Positions 30,382 to 40,129 of a stretch of DNA of 64,000 bases are shown here, in pieces. A program made the translations under genes and the position numbers. The notes beneath the pieces were generated by a model. The model did not search any database. It saw nothing but the letters and a program-made list of their open reading frames with translations, and was not told where the DNA came from. The stretch covers positions 4,800,001 through 4,864,000 of the forward strand of contig OZ244042.1 of assembly GCA_965215015.1 (NCBI GenBank). The letters are read 5' to 3'. The stretch is from Candidatus Poribacteria bacterium. GTDB lineage: Bacteria > Poribacteria > WGA-4E > PCPOR2b. Positions within the stretch are counted from its first letter, which is position 1. Every line of letters starts with the position of its first letter.

Positions 30382-31158
30382 ATGGCTGAGACAGGTGGCA
30401 AAATCGTCGTCCGTCAAACGGAGGCGATAGCCACAATCCAACTGAACCGCCCCGAAAAACTTAATGCCGTTGACCGTGAAATGCTGGATATGCTTGACGC
30501 AGAGGCAAACCGTTTACATCAAGATGAATCAGTCCGTGTCGTTGTGCTTGAGGGAAGTGGAGAACGGGCCTTCTGCGTCGGAGCGGACCTCAACCATATC
30601 GCAACCTTTGATCCCCCTGACATCCGCAAATGGGTCAACGATGGGAATCGTGTCCTCAGTCGGCTTGCCAGTCTGTCCGTCCCAGTAATTGCAGCAATTA
30701 ACGGCTACGCGGTCGGCGGCGGGCTCGAATTTGCGCTGGCATGTGACCTGCGGATTGCGTCAGAGGATTCAAGTTTCGGCTTGCCGGAGATTACACACGG
30801 TTGGTTCCCGGGATGGGGCGGCACCCATCGCCTGCTGCACGTCATCGGCGAAGCAAAAGCAAAAGAGATGGTATTTCTCGGTGAACGGATTGACGCCCAG
30901 ACCGCACACGACTTGGGATTGGTGAATCGCGTTATTCTTAGGGAAAACTTAATGGATGAAGTCCAGCGGATCGCCGAGTCGCTCGCTCAGAAAAGCCCGG
31001 TTGCGGTAAGAGCCGCTAAAGCTGCGTTGACGCGAAATCCGATGCCGGAGAATGGGTTTGAAATCTCCTACGAAGCATTGGCGTTATCGACCTGTTTCAC
31101 AACGCCGGAGGTTCAACAAGGATTAGAGGCGTTTTTGAGTCGCAAGCGCGAGGTGTGA
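30382..31158 (+). CDS. enoyl-CoA hydratase/isomerase family protein
   Basis: LNRPEKLNA, FCVGADL, AAINGYAVGGGLE, FGLPEI. Confidence 0.93.
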   Translation: MAETGGKIVVRQTEAIATIQLNRPEKLNAVDREMLDMLDAEANRLHQDESVRVVVLEGSGERAFCVGADLNHIATFDPPDIRKWVNDGNRVLSRLASLSVPVIAAINGYAVGGGLEFALACDLRIASEDSSFGLPEITHGWFPGWGGTHRLLHVIGEAKAKEMVFLGERIDAQTAHDLGLVNRVILRENLMDEVQRIAESLAQKSPVAVRAAKAALTRNPMPENGFEISYEALALSTCFTTPEVQQGLEAFLSRKREV

Positions 31159-31598
31159 AGAAATCGTGCAACAGAAACTAATTACCGGATTCACTCCTCC
31201 TTATCCACGAATCCACGTAAATCTACACAAAATTATTTAGGACTTATACCGTTGAACCCTTGACGCCTTGTCGGTCCAGATTCATATCTCGACCCCGAAA
31301 CGTCTCTCGTGTCAATTTTGGAAAATCAACCGACAGAAGGCCTTATGTGGGTGCATTTCGCAGTTGAGGCACCCCCGATTTCAGCGAGGACAGCTTCTGC
31401 GCCCCCATCACAAATTCGGTGAACATGCCTCGCAACGCCCGATTCATCGGGCGGCGACAATGAAACCGATAGTAGTAGGCACGCTCCGCGTGCCATCATT
31501 TCTTCTCCCCGCTAAACCCTGTCCGGTAATGCGTCAGCTCCATGCTCATTAAGCCTATTCCCCCCCGCTTGCGGGGGGGCTAGGGGGGGTAATTTAGA

Positions 31599-31817
31599 AT
31601 GCTGGAAATGATGTTCAGGCACGAGGACGATTTGCGATTCGCCATTCAGCCAACGGGCGGCGGCTTGAACAACCCGGCATGGGATTTCGCGCTAATCATT
31701 AGGAACTGTGAGGTGTTAAAGCCGTACCATTTTAATGGGCGCGTCGTCTTCAAACCCTTCATCAACCCTGAAGATGCGTGGAGCGAGTATCAGGGATGGG
31801 TCAAGACGAACCCATAG
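31599..31817 (+). pseudogene. probable C-terminal fragment of a hypothetical protein
   Basis: Short protein-like ORF (GGGLNNPAWDF...FKPF) that starts immediately after a palindromic repeat, with no RBS. Confidence 0.4.
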
Positions 31818-31864
31818 CCTGTGTCCGAGAATCGTCCCATCCCACTTGAAAGGAATTTTGATAG

Positions 31865-32539
31865 ATGTCCGGCAACCGTTCAAATGTTCTTCATACCCAA
31901 TGGAGGGAACTCATCGAAAGCGTCAATGCCATCGCCGACGACAAAGGAAATCCCTTCTTCCGAAAAGCTGTATTGCAGCTGGAATTGTTCTGGGATGAGC
32001 GCGTAGCGAGCCAGAAGAACGAAGCATCGGCAGCATTACTATCTACCCTGGCACAAGCGTTAAAGGCCTACTCCACCACCGAATCACTCACAAAGGCATT
32101 CGTCCATCTACTGCCGGAAGTTCTCCGTGTCTCCCACAGTCCATTCGGTTTCCTTGCCGAAGTCCGTTATAGCGCGATGAACAAGCCGTATTTATATTCA
32201 CATGCGGTGACAGACATCTACAAGCCCGGTTTCGGCTTGTACGACATCGTCACCGACCTCCAGTTTCATAATCTGGACACATTGAATGGAGCAATCATGA
32301 CCGGTCAACGCCCAGTGCTGACCAACGACCCACCAAATGACCCACGGAGCGGTGGACTCCCCTTCGGTCATGCAGGCCTCAAGGCGTTCCTAGGGCTGCC
32401 CTTTCTCGTGGACGACGATTTGGTCGGTGCCACCTCGCTGGGTAATCGTCCGGGGGGTTACTCAGAGCAGGAGGTCGAATTGCTTGCGCCGCTATGCGAG
32501 ATTGGTGGGCTGCTAATCACCACCGATCGCAACAAGTAA
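31865..32539 (+). CDS. stand-alone GAF domain protein
   Basis: FHNLDTL.G...VLTNDP..DPRSGGLP.GH..L.AFLGLP...VG..LGNRPGGYS is a typical GAF_2 pattern. Confidence 0.82.
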   Translation: MSGNRSNVLHTQWRELIESVNAIADDKGNPFFRKAVLQLELFWDERVASQKNEASAALLSTLAQALKAYSTTESLTKAFVHLLPEVLRVSHSPFGFLAEVRYSAMNKPYLYSHAVTDIYKPGFGLYDIVTDLQFHNLDTLNGAIMTGQRPVLTNDPPNDPRSGGLPFGHAGLKAFLGLPFLVDDDLVGATSLGNRPGGYSEQEVELLAPLCEIGGLLITTDRNK

Positions 32540-32779
32540 GTTTTGTCGACAGGTGTATAGCACTGTAGAGTACGTCGCAACTTGGGTAAGACTTACAGGG
32601 TTGAACGTTCAAACCCTCTTAGGTCGGTGACTCATCAAATACTGGGTGTGTCCCTCGACAGGGTTTGGTGAACGGAGCCGGATGCTATTGCACGACAGTG
32701 TTGGTATCTATACGCCTCACGACGCCCGATGAATCAGGCAACTCCAGTTCAGCCGACAGGAGTGTTAGCACGTTCCGCG

Positions 32780-32978
32780 TCCCCTCCCCCTGCTTGCGTT
32801 CTTTCCCCTCCGCTTACGGGGGGGTAGGGGTTTGGGGTAGGCTCAAAGAGCCACGAATTGACAGACACCCCACCGGGTTGCGCCTCCACTTGCACCCTTC
32901 CCCCTGCTTGCGGGGGGTTAGGGGGGTAAGGGTTCGGGGTAGACTCAAAGTGCCACGAATTGACGGACACCCCACTAG
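32780..32978. repeat. two tandem composite repeats (C-rich/G-rich palindrome + GTAG(A/G)CTCAAAG.GCCACGAATTGAC.GACACCCC)
   Basis: Second module is repeated about 100 bp apart; an inverted relative lies at about 18305-18343. Confidence 0.7.
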
Positions 32979-33043
32979 GTATTATTATGCCTCCCAGGGC
33001 TCGAGGCCATTGGGAGTTTGTCTATTGATCTGCTATCGAGAAT

Positions 33044-33072
33044 TTGACTCTCCGACGGTTTTATGATACCAT
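33044..33072 (+). promoter_or_regulatory. putative sigma70 promoter
   Basis: TTGACT-17 nt-TACCAT with extended -10 TG. Confidence 0.6.
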
Positions 33073-33123
33073 CTGCAAAGATCTAAAATTATGGCAACTC
33101 CAAACGGAAAGGAATCATTCTCG

Positions 33124-33930
33124 ATGAAATACATCATGTTCACGAAACATTTGGAAGGCTTAAATGTCGCAGGTATTATGGAGGCCCTGAAATCGGTCGG
33201 CGTGGAAGGCGCAGATCTGTGCGTACGTCCCGGTTATCCGGTCAATCCCGAAAATGCCGCTAAACAGCTGCCAGCAGCTGCCAAGCGGTTCGCCGATGAA
33301 GGATTGTCAATTCCGCTTGTGACGACGCCCACCAGTTTTCTGGACCCGGAAGACTCCGATGTGCAGCGAGTATACGCAGCATGTGGAGAGGCAGAGGTCG
33401 CCAATCTCAAGGTCGGTTACTGGCACTGGTCGAAGGAAGATGGGGGGTATTGGGCGCAGGTCGATCGCATCCGCGAAGCCCTCGACGGATTCCAAGCCCT
33501 CTCCGCCAAACACGGCGTCCGCACCTGCCTTCACAACCATTCGGGGACTTCAATGGGGCTGAACTCATCCGCCGTGATGAACCTCGTCAAAGGATTCGAT
33601 CCGCAGCACGTGGGCGTATTCGCAGATACCGGGCACCTCTCGATTGTCGGAGAACCGATCGATATGGCACTCGACATCGTGAAGGACTACCTCGCAGTAG
33701 TCGCGTTTAAGGATATGATGCGACCCCCGGGCGGCGGCACACGGGTGGTCCGAATGGGATACGGTTTCGTCGATTGGGAAACCGCACTCAAAACCTTAAT
33801 GGAGAGAAACTTTGATGGGCCCGTCAGCTTCCACAGCGAATACAGCGGGGAACCAGTCGATACCGTCATTGATCTCGCACGCATTGATGTCCGATTTATC
33901 AACAACCTACCCGGAAAGAGCAAAGAATAA
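33124..33930 (+). CDS. sugar phosphate isomerase/epimerase family (xylose-isomerase-like TIM barrel)
   Basis: HNHSG, DTGH, FKD, FDGPVSFHSEY. Confidence 0.85.
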   Translation: MKYIMFTKHLEGLNVAGIMEALKSVGVEGADLCVRPGYPVNPENAAKQLPAAAKRFADEGLSIPLVTTPTSFLDPEDSDVQRVYAACGEAEVANLKVGYWHWSKEDGGYWAQVDRIREALDGFQALSAKHGVRTCLHNHSGTSMGLNSSAVMNLVKGFDPQHVGVFADTGHLSIVGEPIDMALDIVKDYLAVVAFKDMMRPPGGGTRVVRMGYGFVDWETALKTLMERNFDGPVSFHSEYSGEPVDTVIDLARIDVRFINNLPGKSKE

Positions 33931-33944
33931 AAGGAGGGGAACAG

Positions 33945-34757
33945 ATGAGCCAATTTACACTCGCACTAAATACCAGCACGATTCGTCCGGCAAGCCTAAT
34001 GGACAAGATTCAAATCGCCGGTGAAACAGGTTACGAAGCCATTGAACTCTGGAACGATGATCTCACTGCCTATGAAGAGCAAAACGGTTCACTATCAGAT
34101 GTGAAGCGTGCCCTCGATGACTACGGGCTTCCTGTGACAACCGTCATCGCCCTGCACGGTTGGTTGGATACCACCGGCGAAGCACATCAGCAGGCACTTG
34201 AAGAGGCAAAACGGCGCATGGCGCAAGCCGCCGCCGTGGGGTCAACCTATAGCGTCGCAAGCCCACCCCGTGGGGTCGCAGATTTGCAATTAGGCGGACA
34301 AAATTATCGTGAACTCCTCGAATTGGGACGTGAGTTTGGCGTTAAACCCGCGATGGAGTTTCTAGGCTTCGTGGACGGCATCAATCAGGTTAAGCACGCT
34401 TGGGAAGTCATGGAGATTGCCAACCACCCCAACAGCACCATCGTCCTAGACCCATTCCACATCTTTCGCGGCGGTGGCGAAACTGATGACATGCGTGGAA
34501 TCCCTGCGGATAAGATAGCGGTATTCCACTTCAACGATGCACCAGCCTCGCCACCCCGTGCAGAACAGACCGACGCCGATCGCGTCTACCCCGGTGATGG
34601 CATCCTCGATCTGAAAGGGATGATTGCGGCTCTAAAGGAAGCGGGCTATCAGGGCGTAATCTCCTTAGAGTTGTTTAACCCCAGCTATTGGGAAGAAGAT
34701 CCGCGGGAAGTTGCGCGCATCGGGTTGGAGAAGATGAAGGAATCAATCGGCGACTAG
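33945..34757 (+). CDS. sugar phosphate isomerase/epimerase family (IolI-like)
   Basis: GYEAIELW, MEFLG, DPFH, HFND, RVYPGDG, SLELFNP. Confidence 0.88.
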   Translation: MSQFTLALNTSTIRPASLMDKIQIAGETGYEAIELWNDDLTAYEEQNGSLSDVKRALDDYGLPVTTVIALHGWLDTTGEAHQQALEEAKRRMAQAAAVGSTYSVASPPRGVADLQLGGQNYRELLELGREFGVKPAMEFLGFVDGINQVKHAWEVMEIANHPNSTIVLDPFHIFRGGGETDDMRGIPADKIAVFHFNDAPASPPRAEQTDADRVYPGDGILDLKGMIAALKEAGYQGVISLELFNPSYWEEDPREVARIGLEKMKESIGD

Positions 34758-35079
34758 GGCATGTTGACATTTGACAGGACCTAGGTCGAGGACTCTCGGA
34801 ACGGAGTTGGGTTGAAGGTTAAAAAGAATCCCTATCAACCACAATAGAACCGAAGAATCACCAACTCATAGCGCAGTTACCACCACCACGTCAAACGATA
34901 GCAGAGCGCATCACAAGGCTATTCACCAAGTTTAGCGCAAATCACGATGTTTCATGATACAAAGCCTCATCGAAACGATCCCGGTAAATCGGGAATAAAT
35001 CGGCACGAGGGTTAAGAAAAGGGGTATCCTCGGATTTCCAAAGACACCCCTTGTAGGTTTGTCATGAGTGGAATTGTCG

Positions 35080-35421
35080 TTACGGCTCAGAAGGCGCATC
35101 ATCATCATGCTTTGAACGACGGAATAGACCACCAATCCTGCTTATCAACTTCTTCCAATTAACACTAGTAATCACCGTTATAGCGGTAATACATGCTACG
35201 CCCGTCCAAGGTTTATCCTGTAACAATATTCCCAACCACACCCCTCCACAAATAAGCATCAAAGGAGATCCAGTTTCCTTATAAAAACGTTGAGTCCTCG
35301 GAAACAAAGAAAGAGCCATGCAAAAAAAGATGACTCCCGCTGTTATCACAAACAAATCGGGAACAAACATTTCCTTCAGTGCCTCACTTTTCTTGTCTAA
35401 TTGTTTTGGCAGTGACACCAA
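35080..35421 (-). CDS. hypothetical small membrane protein
   Basis: Three hydrophobic segments; start uncertain. Confidence 0.5.
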   Translation of the reverse strand: MVSLPKQLDKKSEALKEMFVPDLFVITAGVIFFCMALSLFPRTQRFYKETGSPLMLICGGVWLGILLQDKPWTGVACITAITVITSVNWKKLISRIGGLFRRSKHDDDAPSEP

Positions 35422-35476
35422 CCATTCCAGTTATTATACGAACAAGAACAAGAAGTTATATTCTGAGTATGAGCTC

Positions 35477-35590
35477 TTGAACACCCGCACTCGCGCTCAT
35501 CCCACGCTTCAGATGAATCTAAACTTGCAGATAGACTGGCCCTATAGCGCATACTACCGACGCTGGAGCGCAATGCAATGATTCCATAAT
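35477..35590 (-). mobile_element. second degenerate tnpB/IS200-IS605 remnant
   Basis: 35513-35587 aligns with about 21517-21591 (ATGAATCTAAACTTGC.GATAGACT...ACGCTGGAGCGCAATGCAATGATTCCATA) with in-frame stops; the minus strand ends GCGTGGGATG...GTGTTCAA. Confidence 0.68.
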
Positions 35591-35611
35591 TATGCACACC
35601 CCTTAGGTAAG

Positions 35612-38068
35612 TTACAACACGCTGATCGGGTCAATATCCACAATTAGGTCGATATTCGTAGGCGTTGTCGCGTCAAACGCACATCGAATCAGTTGGCGCA
35701 GTTCCTCCACATCCTCAGATCGTAACAGGAAATACCACCGAAATTTATTTCTGATTTTAGCAAGTGGCGCGGGCACGGGCCCCCGAATCTCAACGGAGGG
35801 AAAGCACTCCCCCTTGCAGATTTCGAGTTGGTCAAGTAGATGATTGGCGGTCTGGATCACCTCCGCCTCAACCTCGCCACGCAGCAGGATGGTTGCGGCG
35901 TGGCTCAACGGTGGATAGAGTAGTGCTTCTCGATGACTAATCTCCTCACGGTAAAAACGAAGATAGTCGTGCCCTTGTGCTGCCTGGATGCTATAGTGTT
36001 CCGGCATGTAGGTCTGGATAATGACGTTGCCCCCCGCCTCGCTACGTCCCGACCGCCCAGCGACCTGTGTTAGCAAATTAAACGCCCGCTCACCCGCCCG
36101 AAAGTCCGGCAGATTCAGGGCGGTATCTGCGGAAATCACGCCGACAAGGGTCACGTTGGGAAAGTCTAACCCTTTTGCAATCATCTGTGTCCCCACCAAA
36201 ATATCAATTTCCCCGCTCTTAAAGACATCCAAGATTTTCTGATGGGCGTTTTTGCGCGTCGTCGAATCAGCGTCCATCCGTCTAACCCTGGCTTCAGGGA
36301 ACGCCTTGATAACCTCCTGCTCAACCTGCTCGGTGCCGATCCCAAAATGGCGGATGTACATACTGCCACATTGCGGACAAACCTGGGGCGTTGGGCGTTC
36401 ATAGCCGCAGTGGTGACACCCCATCCGTTTGGTAGAAAAATGAAACGTCAGCGAGATTGAGCAATTATCGCACCGTTCAACATAGCCACAGGTTCTGCAA
36501 AAAACGTGGGTGGCGTACCCTCGCCGATTCAGGAACAAGATAACCTGCTGCCCTTTAGAAAGCCGTTCCTCGATTGCTGATCGGAGGGTTGTCGAAAAAA
36601 TCGTACGATTGCCCCTCTGTAACTCCAAACGCATATCCACAACCTCGACGGGTGGCATCTCAATATTAGATACGCGGGAAGGAAGCTGTAAGAGGGTATA
36701 CTCCCCCCGCTGGGCGTGATAAAAACTCTCCAACGATGGCGTGGCACTGCCGAGAATCAATGGACAGTCGACTAACGCAGATCGTTTCACTGCAACGTCT
36801 CGGGCATGATAGAATGGTAGCGCAGCGTCCTGTTTGTATGACGTTTCATGTTCTTCATCAATCACAATAAGTCCGAGATTTGGAAAGGGCGCGAAGATCG
36901 CAGATCTGGGACCCACAACGATGTCCGCCGCTCCGCCTTTAATCTGCTGCCACTGATCATATCGCTCACCATCCGAGAGATTGCTATGGAGAACAGCGAC
37001 TCGCCCCCCAAAACGCCCGACAAACCGAGAGACTGTTTGAGGGGTCAAGGAAATTTCGGGAACGAGCACAATCACCCGTTTGCTCCGATCCAAGACGGAA
37101 GCCATCGCTTGCATATAAACCTCCGTCTTGCCGCTGCCGGTGACGCCATGCAGCAGAAACCGTTCCCGCCTACCCGAATCGATCGCTCCTTGGATCGCCT
37201 GCAAAGCAGCCTGCTGATCGGGATTCAGGGTCAGCGGCTGCGTGGGAGCCACCGGATCCAAACTCAGCGGATTCCGCACAATTTGGACGGAATCAATGCG
37301 GATGAGCCCCTTTGCCTCAAGGGATTGTAGTGTTTTTAGTGATGTGTTGGCACGCTTGGTCAAATCCACCGTTGTCACCGTTTCACTGTCGCAGCCCTGG
37401 AGGATGCGAAGTACTTCTGCCTGTTTCAGAGCGCGGTTGGCTTCCAATTGGGGGATTTGTTCTTTAATCTCCACGACCGGCTTGGCGAGCGAAACAACCG
37501 AGATTGTTTGCGGCTTTGCTTTAGATTGGATGTTCGACCGCAGTTCAACGAGCCCCTTCTCTTGTAAAGCAGACAACGCCGGACGTAACTTTGAAACCCC
37601 AATCCCCAGACGTCGTGCAATCTGGTGAAGAGATAACCCATCATCTGCTGTAAGCACCGACAAGATCTGCGTTTGACGCGATTGGCGCATATTCGCAATC
37701 TGCTCATCGGTTGCTAGTGAATGCACGACCCTGTTTTGACGGGTTCTGATCGCTGCAGGGGCAGCACACCGCAACGCCTCCCCCCACGAAGACAGGTAAT
37801 ATTCCGACAGCCATTTTGTCAACCTAAGCAGTTCGTCGGAAAATGTGGGGGTATCATCCAAACAGTCGGTGAGATTTTTGATTCTTATTGAGTCATCAGG
37901 CAGGTCAGGCTCATCCATTAAATCAACGATGACCCCTTCGCGTGTCCCCTCTCCCAATGGGGCGAGGACACGGCTGCCACGCTGCACAACAGATTGAAGA
38001 CGGACCGGAATGGCGTAAGAGAAGGCGAGATCTTGGGGGAGTGGGAAAACGACGCGGGCGTATTCCAT
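35612..38068 (-). CDS. priA: primosomal protein N' (replication restart helicase)
   Basis: GVTGSGKTEVY, VPEISLTPQ, DEEHE, SATPS, four CxxC zinc motifs, GTQMIAKGLDF, QVAGRSGR. Confidence 0.98.
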   Translation of the reverse strand: MEYARVVFPLPQDLAFSYAIPVRLQSVVQRGSRVLAPLGEGTREGVIVDLMDEPDLPDDSIRIKNLTDCLDDTPTFSDELLRLTKWLSEYYLSSWGEALRCAAPAAIRTRQNRVVHSLATDEQIANMRQSRQTQILSVLTADDGLSLHQIARRLGIGVSKLRPALSALQEKGLVELRSNIQSKAKPQTISVVSLAKPVVEIKEQIPQLEANRALKQAEVLRILQGCDSETVTTVDLTKRANTSLKTLQSLEAKGLIRIDSVQIVRNPLSLDPVAPTQPLTLNPDQQAALQAIQGAIDSGRRERFLLHGVTGSGKTEVYMQAMASVLDRSKRVIVLVPEISLTPQTVSRFVGRFGGRVAVLHSNLSDGERYDQWQQIKGGAADIVVGPRSAIFAPFPNLGLIVIDEEHETSYKQDAALPFYHARDVAVKRSALVDCPLILGSATPSLESFYHAQRGEYTLLQLPSRVSNIEMPPVEVVDMRLELQRGNRTIFSTTLRSAIEERLSKGQQVILFLNRRGYATHVFCRTCGYVERCDNCSISLTFHFSTKRMGCHHCGYERPTPQVCPQCGSMYIRHFGIGTEQVEQEVIKAFPEARVRRMDADSTTRKNAHQKILDVFKSGEIDILVGTQMIAKGLDFPNVTLVGVISADTALNLPDFRAGERAFNLLTQVAGRSGRSEAGGNVIIQTYMPEHYSIQAAQGHDYLRFYREEISHREALLYPPLSHAATILLRGEVEAEVIQTANHLLDQLEICKGECFPSVEIRGPVPAPLAKIRNKFRWYFLLRSEDVEELRQLIRCAFDATTPTNIDLIVDIDPISVL

Positions 38069-38142
38069 GGCATGATAGATTAGTGATTCATTGGTTCACT
38101 AGAATATTGGTCCATCAATGAACGCATAAACGAATATTCTAA

Positions 38143-38820
38143 TTAAGTATTTAGTTCGGCCATTACCTTTTGCATATCTTCCCAGACATCTCGTTTGCCA
38201 TGCGGATTTCGGAGGAGGTAGGCGGGGTGGTAGGTTGCCATGAGTTTGCAGCCGTGATAATCATGGAAATGACCACGCAACGAAGAGATACTCTGCTTGG
38301 TGCGGAGCAGCGTCTGAGCGGCAAAGGTGCCAAGGGCACAAATAACCTTTGGCTTGATTAGATCAATCTGTCTGAGCAGGAAAGGTTCACAGGTTTCAAT
38401 CTCGATCGGCTTCGGGTTCCGATTGCCGGGCGGACGACACTTAATTACATTGGCGATATAGACCTCTTCGCGTCTCAACTCCATCGCTTCAATAATCCGC
38501 GTGAGCAGTTGACCTGCCCGTCCGACGAAGGGAATTCCTTGACGATCTTCATCCGCCCCGGGGGCTTCGCCAACAAACATGAGATCTGCATTTTCGTCCC
38601 CAGTTCCGAAGACCACTGTGTTGCGTCCCTGATGCAATTCGCACCGCTCACAGCCCATCGCTTCATCATGCAAACGCTCTATATCAAACTCGGCAAATTC
38701 GGGTTCCTCTTCTGGCTCAAGTAATTCTGTGAAGCCAAGTTGTATTTGTTCTTCCACGTATTCCCTCACTATTGCGACGACTTCTAAATACCCTTCGATA
38801 ACTTCATTCTGATCTGACAT
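38143..38820 (-). CDS. uracil-DNA glycosylase family 4
   Basis: CERCEL, GEAPG, PFVGRAG, NVIKCRPP.NR, TYHPAYLLR. Confidence 0.95.
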   Translation of the reverse strand: MSDQNEVIEGYLEVVAIVREYVEEQIQLGFTELLEPEEEPEFAEFDIERLHDEAMGCERCELHQGRNTVVFGTGDENADLMFVGEAPGADEDRQGIPFVGRAGQLLTRIIEAMELRREEVYIANVIKCRPPGNRNPKPIEIETCEPFLLRQIDLIKPKVICALGTFAAQTLLRTKQSISSLRGHFHDYHGCKLMATYHPAYLLRNPHGKRDVWEDMQKVMAELNT

Positions 38821-38847
38821 GAGGCATAACGCAAAACGCTTCGCGCT

Positions 38848-39909
38848 TCACGACTCCAATCGGCGTTTGAGCTCTTCAATTCGCCCGACAGGTGTTGGAT
38901 TTTGTTCGTATAAGACTGCCAGATAAAAGCTGGTCCAATCTCCAATCGCAACCAACGATAACAGGCGGGCGAGTAGTGATAGGCCCGCTGAATGCACCTG
39001 TGAAATGCCGGCGGTATGGGGTTGAATCAGTTCCGCTGTGATGTCCATCCGACGCCGCGTTTGAAACGGAGCAATCGGGTCACGGAGTTGGATGACGTAA
39101 CATCCCCGCGTCAACGCCGGTGGATGCTTCCAACCCTCAATCTCATTGTGATTCATCTCCGGATACACACTATAATAAGCGAGCGATTTGCTGTTTTCAT
39201 TCATCTGCCCCTTCCATCGCATCGCAATCGCCTCAAGTTCTTGAGGGACGTAGATGATAGGCAATTTCCCGTGCAACGCTTGTGCGAGCCGCTTGGGTTG
39301 ACTTTCTGGTACCTCCGGATGAAAATCTGCTGTCAGTGTCGCTAGCACGGCGATTGCCTCCTCCAGATTGTTCTGGAGATTGAGGTCTGAGCCAAATCCC
39401 AGTCGGGCAAGGATGGATAAAATCGGCATGAGCAGATAGCCGAGTGAGGCTCTAGGCGGTCGTCCGGCTGGAATTATCACACAGGGTAGACCATGTGCAT
39501 CTGCGAATGCCTTTAACTTCCCACCACTGGTAACCGCCAGAATTTTCGCCCCCTGTGCAAACGCCCTTTCGACAGATAAGAGGGTTTCTTCGGTATTACC
39601 GGAATAGCTGACAGCGATGAAGAGCGTTTGAGATGTAACAAACGCGGGAAGGGTATACCCCCGGTGGACAATAACCGGGGAGGGAAATTGCGCCCCGAGC
39701 ACCGTTTTCACAAGGTCTCCGCCAATTCCAGAACCGCCCATCCCTGCGATGACGATGTGGTTGGGTATACCCGCATCATCTCCGCCTAGTTTGAGTGCTT
39801 CGCCAATCTCCCAGCCACGCTCGCACTGCTCAGGGAAGGTGGACAACAGGTGAAGCATGTTCTCGGAATCATATTGTTTGATTTGAGCGGGATTCAACAT
39901 AGTCATCAT
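38848..39909 (-). CDS. bifunctional phosphoglucose/phosphomannose isomerase
   Basis: GMGGSGIGG, SYSGNTEET, RWKGQMNENSK, PEMNHNEIEGW, PTPV..IEELK. Confidence 0.95.
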   Translation of the reverse strand: MMTMLNPAQIKQYDSENMLHLLSTFPEQCERGWEIGEALKLGGDDAGIPNHIVIAGMGGSGIGGDLVKTVLGAQFPSPVIVHRGYTLPAFVTSQTLFIAVSYSGNTEETLLSVERAFAQGAKILAVTSGGKLKAFADAHGLPCVIIPAGRPPRASLGYLLMPILSILARLGFGSDLNLQNNLEEAIAVLATLTADFHPEVPESQPKRLAQALHGKLPIIYVPQELEAIAMRWKGQMNENSKSLAYYSVYPEMNHNEIEGWKHPPALTRGCYVIQLRDPIAPFQTRRRMDITAELIQPHTAGISQVHSAGLSLLARLLSLVAIGDWTSFYLAVLYEQNPTPVGRIEELKRRLES

Positions 39910-39916
39910 ATTGAAT

Positions 39917-40064
39917 TAGGACTTACACACTTCAATTGCGAAAATCGGCTCCTATTTCCTATCGTAGGCACAGGTTTCCTAACCTGGGCTTGCCCGCAGA
40001 TTAGGAAATCTACGCTACGAAGGGGTTAGCCCAAGGTTCTGATTGCTCAACTGTGTAAGTCCTG
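39917..40064. mobile_element. MITE-like element with AGGACTTACACA terminal inverted repeats
   Basis: TAGGACTTACACA ... TGTGTAAGTCCTG; near-duplicated flanks TGAAT/TTAAT; internal GTAG...CTAC hairpin. Confidence 0.75.
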
Positions 40065-40129
40065 TTAATATTTCGTTCACCGGCTCATTGGTTCATTAAT
40101 GAACCAATGAACCCATCTAACTTTTGGGC

